The notes below the pieces were generated by a model. It was given only the letters and a program-made list of their open reading frames with translations. It made no database searches and was not told where the DNA came from. The position numbers were made by a program, and so were the translations under genes. From assembly GCA_030141605.1 (NCBI GenBank), contig JAQGDQ010001988.1, forward strand, positions 1-18,560: a stretch of DNA of 18,560 bases, given 5' to 3'. The stretch comes from Tubiluchus corallicola (taxonomy: Eukaryota; Animalia; Priapulida). Shown piece after piece: positions 9,595 through 18,560 of the stretch. The first letter of the stretch is position 1. Every line of letters starts with the position of its first letter.

Positions 9595-11138
9595 CACTGG
9601 TAGACATCTTTCTGTGACAAAGATGAAGTAGATTATTGGTGATTTATGTCGTCTTATATCCATCCACATGTTCACTTTTCTTTAGAAATTTGTAAAGATT
9701 TTTTACCATAGAAGTCTGAAATTAAATGCGTAGAAGTTTTATCTATTGATCTTAAATGTATATTTTTATGCTCCATTTACTTGGGTCATGACCGTTTGAT
9801 AGGCCTAAGATGATTTTCATGACGCATCCTGGGTTGTGATAATATTTTCGATAATATAAGGGAGTTTCTTTTCCCTAGGTCACCAGTAAACATCCATTAA
9901 AACAAAAACGGACCCAATCTTAAACTGTATGTCAAAATAATCTAATCTTTAAAATATTGAAAGGAAACATACTATTTTTTTAAAAAATGACTTACGTGAA
10001 AGAATTATTACCACACAAACACAATTTCGCGCCGCTAGTTTTTCGCTGTTACATGCATTTCGTCTAGTTAGACGGGTACGAGCGCCTGCATTTCGTATTG
10101 CACAAAAAACAAGTGCTGTACCTCTGGGTTCAGATGAGTTTGTTTATGACGAACTGCACACGTTTGACAACTCATGCGTGAGCACAGCGGTAAATTTGAA
10201 ACTGGAATTTTTATCTTAAAACTTGCCTAGTTTTAGTACAACACATTGAATATCTTACACTAGCACTGTACTTCAATTTTCACTTTCGCAGACACTTGCA
10301 ACACACTCGTGGAATGTTCTTGATGTTGAAAATTAAGTTAGTTTGTGATGTCATCAATAGTTGGGCTCGTCGGCCGTTAATTAAGTTTTTAATCTGTTAT
10401 CTAATTATCAGAAACGCTTTTGCTTCTAGTATCTATAGCATTTTACAGCTGCTCTAAATGATTCTGTCCAATGGGTAGCTGCGGTTGCATGCATTTTTCA
10501 AGCAGCACTACATACCAGCTTAGAATGCGCTCACAGCGCTTCCTTTCGGTCATTGTTAGAAGTACACGAGAGACGACTCGACAGTAGCTTATTTCGCTCT
10601 TATACCTCGAGGCTCTGTCTGACTAATACCAAATTCTAGGCGACGACCCAGTTTTGCCTATAGCGCTAATAGCATTACAATCGAAGTTCACTTGGTATTA
10701 AGGATCATTTTCCGCTGAACGAATTTAGGGTGAACGAACCACTAGCGTAATTGCGAGTGAAAGTTTAGCGGGGTGCTAGTCATCACTGTTGTTGAAAAAC
10801 ATCATTTTAGCTTTCTCGATGTTCCACGAACGCTTCTTGGTGTTCCGTTTAAACAAAATTAGTGAAACAATGAGTAGGATTTTTAAAATTTCACCAACTG
10901 CTCAAGTCGGATGATAGTTCGTTAAACTGGCCAGCATCCGAGAAGTGGAGCCACCAGACTTTGTCCTCTGTAACCTGTTGTAATACCTTTCTGCCATGCG
11001 TGAAAATTCACTGCTTGGTTCGTAATGCATGAACATCGTTTGGATACTCTTTGCTTTCAAATAAATTTACAAGATTGTCAAATTTTTGTGCATCGTGAAC
11101 TGTTAAAACGTTATGGCTGTGGAGGCAATTGGTAGACA

Positions 11139-11184
11139 ATGAAAAGCGTATTTAATCTAGCAGTGGTTTTGTTGGCATGGATGG
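11139..11184 (+). CDS. Peritrophin-A (CBM14) gene exon 1, signal peptide
   Basis: MKSVFNLAVVLLAWM followed by G|GTAAGT perfect donor, phase 1, compatible with the acceptor at 13162/13163. Confidence 0.72.
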
Positions 11185-11274
11185 GTAAGTAATGCCCTTC
11201 CTGTGTGATCTAACCTTTCTCCCAGTTCTTTTTTTGTTCACTCATCCATTCTTTTTTTATCGGGTTCACATGAC

Positions 11275-11460
11275 AGTGGGCTTATACAAGCCTTTGCTTC
11301 TCTAGCCCACAGCAGTACAATTATTCTTTTATGATAACGGTAGTGTATGAAACATAACAATTTAATACAGTATGACGTAATAATTTTGATGTTACTGTGT
11401 GGTTAATGTCATTATATTGTACTGAATGTGATAATAATAAACTAAACTAAAAAAAACTAA
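11275..11460 (+). mobile_element. Probable LINE/SINE 3'-end remnant in intron 1
   Basis: Stem-loop gtgggct-tatac-aagc-cttt-gctt-ctct-agcccac followed by an AT-rich stretch ending aataaa-actaaactaaa. Confidence 0.35.
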
Positions 11461-12049
11461 TAGGTAAGTAATGCACGGATTTGATAGGACGATTGCAACT
11501 TATTTTTTTATAATGCATACATCAAAATGGACAATTACGTTTCAGGTTGTATGTGTTGCTGAAACATTTAGGGTTTGTTTTCTGCACAGGACTTTTCCAG
11601 TTCGCCAAGAATTCAAAATAGTTTTTATTTTGACCCTTGACCAGTCGAGTTTTAATTCCGCTGATTAATTATGCTTGACGCTTTTATTAATGAGCCAAAA
11701 ACAGTATAAAAAGAAAAGTGAATGTTTGTTTATTTTCCAACCTTTTTTCTTTTTTATATACTAACGATAAATTGTTATCGTATGCCGTATGTGGATATTT
11801 ATTAATACTTTTTATCAACATTGCCATAAATAATTCGAAAAAAGTTAGTGTGGATATTAATTTGGCAGCAAAACAAGAAACTGTATGTTTTTTCACAGGT
11901 CAAGCAAGAACCTTCAGATATTAAAAAAGATGCAAAAACTAGATTAATTGAATGTTTATCTTTTTTTAATCTGTAGGCGGTATTAATACGGTCTAGTAAT
12001 CAGTTATAAGATCGGTTTGAGGACAAAGTTTGAAGGAAATGCTTCAAGT

Positions 12050-13122
<1,073 letters not shown>

Positions 13123-13162
13123 CACTTACAAACTATTTATTTGTGCTTTTGAATTTTTTCAG

Positions 13163-13342
13163 ATGCAGTTTTGTGTCAGTCGGGTAGTTGGGAGACTGCA
13201 CCACCAACGGAAGAACCCCTACCCGAGTACGCCCGGACGGGCTGCTCCGATTATATAACAACATTTGTCACAGATGTAGACGACTGTACAGTGTTTTATC
13301 ACTGCGAGTTCGGCAGACCAAGGAGAAAGATATGTGCAACAC
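13163..13342 (+). CDS. Peritrophin-A (chitin-binding type 2, CBM14) gene exon 2
   Basis: Acceptor ttttttcag|AT; encodes DAVLCQSGSW...GCSDYITTFVTDVDDCTVFYHCEFGRPRRKICAT; donor AC|GTAAGA phase 1. Confidence 0.88.
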
Positions 13343-13647
13343 GTAAGAACATGTTTCATGTCACTTTATTCTACATATGTGCAACACGTAAGAACATGTT
13401 TCATGTCACTTTATTCTACATATGTGCAACACGTAAGAACATGTTTCATGTCACTTTATTCTACATATGTGCAATACGTAAGAACATGTTTCATGTCACT
13501 TTATTCTACATATGTGCAACACGTAAGAATATGTTTCGTGTCACTTTATTCTACATATGTGCAACACGTAAGAACATGTTTCATGTCACTTTATTCTACA
13601 TATGTGCAACACGTAAGAACATGTTTGATGTCACCTTATTCTACATA
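13330..13647 (+). repeat. 45-bp minisatellite x7 spanning the exon-2 splice donor
   Basis: Unit ATATGTGCAACACGTAAGAACATGTTTCATGTCACTTTATTCTAC (ICATRKNMFHVTLFY), seven near-identical copies. Confidence 0.97.
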
Positions 13648-13908
13648 AAATTGCTTATTTTTTCAATTCAATTCAGATTTGCTTAAATATGATTAATTTG
13701 TCACTATACTTGCTTATTAAAGTATTAATTCGGACATTACATACTACTATTGTATTACTATTGTACTATTGTATATATATTTATACTATTTGTTTATACT
13801 CTAAGTTTTTGCTAACTGGCAGTAAAGAAAAATATATTTAAATGTTTCCCTTTGAATAAAATTCAAGACTATCTTAACTATTTCATGGAAACATTTTTGT
13901 TATTCCAG

Positions 13909-14138
13909 TTACTGTGTGGACGCCAGCATTGGAAAGATGTTTGCGACCTCACGAAGCAGTAAACAGCGAGTGTGGTTTTGTTTACTACGAAGAAGACTGG
14001 ACAACCACTCCTAAACCGAAAACAACCACTGCCAGAAAAACAAAATGGTGGCATTCGAAAAGCAAAGCATCAGCTGTTTTAAACGAAGTTAGTTTATTGT
14101 GGTTGCTCTTATGTGCGCTTCTGGTGATTAAGATATAG
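13909..14138 (+). CDS. Peritrophin-A gene exon 3: end of CBM14, Thr-rich stalk, GPI-type hydrophobic C-terminus (full protein 151 aa)
   Basis: Acceptor tattccag|TT phase 1; spliced domain has C-x13-C-x5-C-x9-C-x12-C-x10-C; ends ...SKASAVLNEVSLLWLLLCALLVIKI*; AATAAA at 14263-14268. Confidence 0.87.
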
Positions 14139-14862
14139 TGGAACTATAAACATACGTGGTTTCACTTTTTTGTGACACATTGGGTGATCAAACTGTACAT
14201 AATAACTATTGCTGTTTTGTTAAATGTTGATTATATGCCTAGAACATTTACAAATGTCTTAAAATAAAATTCATTAAATAAAAATATTGGCATGTTGCGT
14301 ATGCTCTATTATTACTGATTACACAACTCATTTTTTTATAAAACAACTGGCCAAACCTTATAGAAAATACTTAATTGTTCAATAAAACTCTATAAGAATT
14401 TATATTATTTCGTTGTCCTAAGCAAAACTGGTTCATCGGAATCACTGCGTCAGGTAAACTAAACAACTCACGGACTACCTAAAACATGAAGTACTAATTA
14501 CTAACCAATTTATAAGATTCCTCAGCTCCCATTTAAAGTTGGAAGAAAAGCCAAGCGAGAAAACAAATATTTGTATCTATTACATTCGTAGTACTTCACG
14601 TGAATAAATAACAAACTATGTTGCAAATAACAAACTATGTTGCAAAGCAAAGGGAAACCAATATAAAAACCTTGCCAGAAAACTAGTGAAAACACTAATG
14701 TAACAGTCACTAGACAGCATATTATTACAGTGGCCAGACAATGGTATCAATGATGTAGTTTGGTAGCTGATTGTGCACTTAGCGAAACATTCATAGTCAA
14801 ACCTGTGGTCAGTGTGCATTCTCTCGTTAAGCTTATGGCTGCATGTGGTCAGTATCAGTTAA

Positions 14863-15147
14863 CCCTTTCATACCCGTTGTATCCAGTGGGATACGAGAAT
14901 ATTCTCTGCCTTTAAAATTAATAAAATTTTAAAACTGACAGTTATTTGATCTGTTAATAGTTATTTTGATTTAAGCCAATAACAATAGACTAAAAATGGT
15001 GATAAAATGGCAAACTAGAAAATCTACATAGCATAAAAAAACTGTGCAAGGTACAGTACTTTAGAGAGGACTTTGTACAGATCAGCATAGCATGCATACT
15101 AAAAGTCTTAAATACTGTAAAAAATTATCAGTTTAGGACTGAAAGGA
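14863..15147. mobile_element. piggyBac-type non-autonomous element (MITE)
   Basis: TTAA (14859-14862) + CCCTTTCATACC ... GGACTGAAAGGA + TTAA (15148-15151); TIRs match 9/12; subterminal GTATCC...GGATAC palindrome. Confidence 0.6.
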
Positions 15148-15394
15148 TTAACAGTTATGCTATATGACAAAGTATTGATTAATTTTAATTTGTAACTTAA
15201 AATTATTTTCACATATTACTGACTAATCCAGCTATGCAAGTATAACATATGCATGCGCTACTAACTAACAACTGCTGCTATACAAGAATAATGCTTTAGA
15301 TATAATATAATAATTTAATTTACATTTACATTATAGTTTAATTTACATAGCTCACAGTATTAATCTAAGTAGAGTTTTGTTATTAAATTAGTAG

Positions 15395-15522
15395 AAAGGT
15401 GGTAGACTCGATGACCATTCGGTCTTTTCACCACCCTGTCTCTCTTAGTAGTCACATCATTTGTTAATGCTATGTTGATTATGTTATTGAGGCAAATAAA
15501 TTATTCTGTATTTTGTATTCTG
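15395..15522 (+). mobile_element. Probable LINE 3'-end remnant
   Basis: Stem-loop ggtggt-agactcgat-gacc-attc-ggtc-ttttc-accacc, then AATAAA and a short (ATTYTGT)n tail. Confidence 0.4.
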
Positions 15523-15950
15523 CAGCATTAATCCTGCATTAGGAAAGACCATCTATAATCTACATATGTACAGGGTATTAACCACTGGTTATTGGGATAA
15601 CACTTTCAGCAGCTTACCGTAGTCGTTGAGTATTTCATGCCTTTCAGGCTTCCATTAGTTGACAATTACCAAAGTAATACTATAATTTTTGCACTGCTAA
15701 CTAAAGGTTATGACAAAACTGACCAATAGGTGGCAGCACTGGTCGATGTGTCTAACCGTGATACGCATACGCACACGTAAGATATTTATATGCCGTGAAA
15801 TAGATTGTAATAAAATTGCAATCTTCAGTGATAAAAACATTTTCAATGTTAAAACATTGCTAAAGGCAAATGCGTCCGGTGTGAAACTATGAACTACTAG
15901 AGCATAAAACTAAAACTAAAAGCAACACTTTTACATAGTACAATAGGTAT

Positions 15951-16122
15951 ATAATACAATACATAGGCTCAATACGATAGGTAAAGTACATAATAAACGT
16001 AAAATAAAATTTACACCAATTTATTACATTATACACATATTACTTAATACATAATACAAAACATTGGCTCAACATGATAAGTAAAATACGTAATAAACGT
16101 GAAGCAAAATTTACATCAATTT
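15951..16122. repeat. Diverged tandem duplication, 100-bp period
   Basis: ataatacaatacataggctcaatacgataggtaaagtacataataaacgt (15951) versus ataatacaaaacattggctcaacatgataagtaaaatacgtaataaacgt (16051). Confidence 0.8.
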
Positions 16123-17407
16123 TTCAAAATATACACATTACATTATATAATACATAGCAGAATTTACTACTACATATTTACTTTTTTTTATCTACGAGTT
16201 TTGAGTTGTGGATTTGAAATTAAAGATACTTCTTTAATTATTTCTGCTTTGCAAAGAAAAAAATTGTTTTCTACATCTTTACGGAAGTTAAGTGAAAAAA
16301 AATCAAACCTGTCTACTAGGGCGTAGTGTAAAAACTTTTTTCACTAATCGCTTTGGAGCTCCACCCAATATGGAGGGTTGTGAAAAGATGTTCATCTGCA
16401 ATATCTTAGCTTCATTGAATATTGGGAGCACGTGCCTCCTCATGTTAGCTTATTCACGTACTTGGCCTACTATAATGCCACTTGTATGTCACAAAAAGGG
16501 AGCAGTTTTTGGACAATTGTTTTTAGATCTTTACCCATCTGAAGGGTACACAAGAAAATGTTCTTATACGAAATATTAGCTTTTTTCAATGTTGTAAACA
16601 TGTGTTTCCACATTTTGTACATTTTGTATTTTTATATAATTTATAATAAGTACATCGGAAAATGAACTTTTCTGATTGTTATTTCTGAACCCTCTAACAA
16701 TTGTTTAGTGTTCAAATGGATGATTCCTTAACTAAAATAAGCAGAAACTTTATTTAATATTAGACATATTTATAGTAAATTGGCAATCAAGGAAATGGTG
16801 GATAAAATGTTATGATGTATCAGCACTTTTTCTTGGCGAAATGTGTTGGGTTGAACATTTCATTGTCGTTATTAGCGTCTCTGAGAGGCATTTATGACAA
16901 ATCTTCAATGTAATTGTTGAATTTCATGTAAACCACTGATCTTTATTTCTGCAATATTTAAAAATTAAAATATAAAAGCAAAAGTGACAGACATTTGCTA
17001 ATTGAAAAGCTACATAGTTTAGTTAGATTGACAGTTATTTAGTCTATTCATAAATATCAGTGAATAAATAGAAATAAAAATAATAGAAGTAAACTTACAT
17101 CGTTGCGGCATATATCTAATGAAAAATTTCGCTAGCTTGCACAAGACACATGTTCACATATACTACATAACGGCATAATGAAAACATAACTGGGTCAATG
17201 CCCACACTTTAAACTTTCCAGCTAGATGGAGCCACATTGGCTACAAAATTAAAATTTATTAAGTCTGTACACTGGCCTTAATAGTCATTGTAAATTTGTT
17301 TTTCTAGTGTAACACTGTTGCCTACAACAGTCTTTGACTGGTTATGCATATAATATTTTCATGTATTTTATCCTGCCTGTAAATATGTATAACTTGTGCT
17401 ATAAAGA

Positions 17408-17519
17408 TTACATATATATGTATGTATATATATATATATATATATATGTACATATACATATACATACATACATATATATATATACCTATACACAAAATAT
17501 ACTATAGATATATATATAT
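17408..17519. repeat. (TA)n/(TACA)n microsatellite
   Basis: Directly visible. Confidence 0.9.
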
Positions 17520-18250
17520 TAAATTTCAATAGTTTTGAGCAAGCTTTTGGAACTTTTCTTATTGTCCACTGTGTTCCACTGTTGTGTTCCACTATGGAGA
17601 CACATGTTGTCAATTTCCTATGAAGTTACAAACTTGAAGGTCAAAATCTTTTCACAAGTCTGCGTGGATCAATTCCGTCTCAGTTTTGTAAATCATTGAA
17701 AAAAAGGTCCTCCTCAAAGACCGTCTTAGGGTTACGTCTTTCCTTCGCAATTAATTTCGCAAGTAACATTTTTTATACAGTTCATCGTTGTTGCTAGATC
17801 AAGCGTTCACTGTCAGTTGCAAAATGATTGCAAATGCCAAAGCAGTAGCTTAACACAAAATAGTAGATACAAAATAACACTAAAATACTGTCAAAAGTTA
17901 GTGGCGATCTGGATTTTTTAATAAGCAAATCAGGTTAAATCATGGTTTGTAGACCTACAATTGCCAATTGATCTTTCAAAGCTTGACATACGCTGTAATT
18001 TGTCTTGTGGCTGCTACTAAACACGGTACCATGAAGCTCTGAGCAGAAACGACCCTGATAGGTTTATTGGCAATTAGGCTTTGATGAAGGCAACCACAGT
18101 CAAGCTTAATATAAACTGGCAACGTTATTGAGCTTGTTAAATGAAAGAGTGGGAATATAGTTGAGCTACATAATGTTGAATTGCAAGTAAACTAGCAAAA
18201 TAAACACCTTGCAAGAAATTATTAGTAAATGTGGGGGATTGCCAGTAGGA

Positions 18251-18560
18251 TTTCTCTGTACCAAACTTTCTCTGTACCAAATTTTCCCAGTACCAACTTT
18301 CTCAGTACCGAATTTTTGCTAGTACCAAACTTTCTCTGTTCCAAATTTTCATAGTACCAAACTTTCTCTGTTCCAAATTTTCCTAGTACCAACTTTCTCT
18401 GTACCGAATTTTCCTAGTACCAAACTTTCTCTGTTCCAAATTTTCCTAGTACCAAACTTTCTCTGTACCAAATTTTCCTAGTACCAAACTTTCTCTGTTC
18501 CAAATTTTCCTATTACCAAACTTTCTCTGTACCAAATTTTCCTGGTACCAAACTTTCTCT
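18251..18560. repeat. 32-bp minisatellite made of two related 16-mers; runs off the window end
   Basis: Alternating GTACCAAACTTTCTCT and GT(A/T)CCAAATTTTCCTA. Confidence 0.95.

Noticed and set aside
9782-9830. SECIS-like ATGA...GA hairpin in the 3' region
   Set aside because: Spacing and apical AA do not fit, and the upstream CDS has no in-frame TGA.
13330-13647. CRISPR-like array
   Set aside because: Contiguous near-identical units with no unique spacers; eukaryotic context with no cas genes. The same applies to 1-495 and 18251-18560.
16099-17780. Short ORFs or possible transposase remnants
   Set aside because: No recognisable motif or consistent splice structure by eye; BLASTX would be needed.

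Overview
AT-rich eukaryotic (invertebrate animal-like) genomic DNA with spliced genes and many repeats; the taxon cannot be fixed from sequence alone. Three protein-coding loci can be reconstructed. (1) A gustatory-receptor-like 7TM ion-channel gene (minus strand, main exon 4180-5151) whose apparent second exon is interrupted by a 486-bp internally deleted RTE-clade retroelement with a 17-bp TSD and a twister ribozyme core exactly at its 5' end. (2) An MLKL-type four-helix-bundle executioner-domain gene (7259-7799) that splices in frame to a ~400-aa hyperacidic tail (8375-9594) instead of a pseudokinase, with a possible short isoform ended by an intronic stop and polyA signal. (3) A three-exon, secreted, probably GPI-anchored peritrophin-A (CBM14) gene (11139-14138) whose exon-2 splice donor is amplified seven times by an in-frame 45-bp minisatellite. 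Also present: a candidate structured Pol III ncRNA (2552-2810), decayed L2/CR1-group LINE ends, a piggyBac-type MITE, and several satellites and microsatellites. All family assignments are by-eye motif recognition, not database searches.
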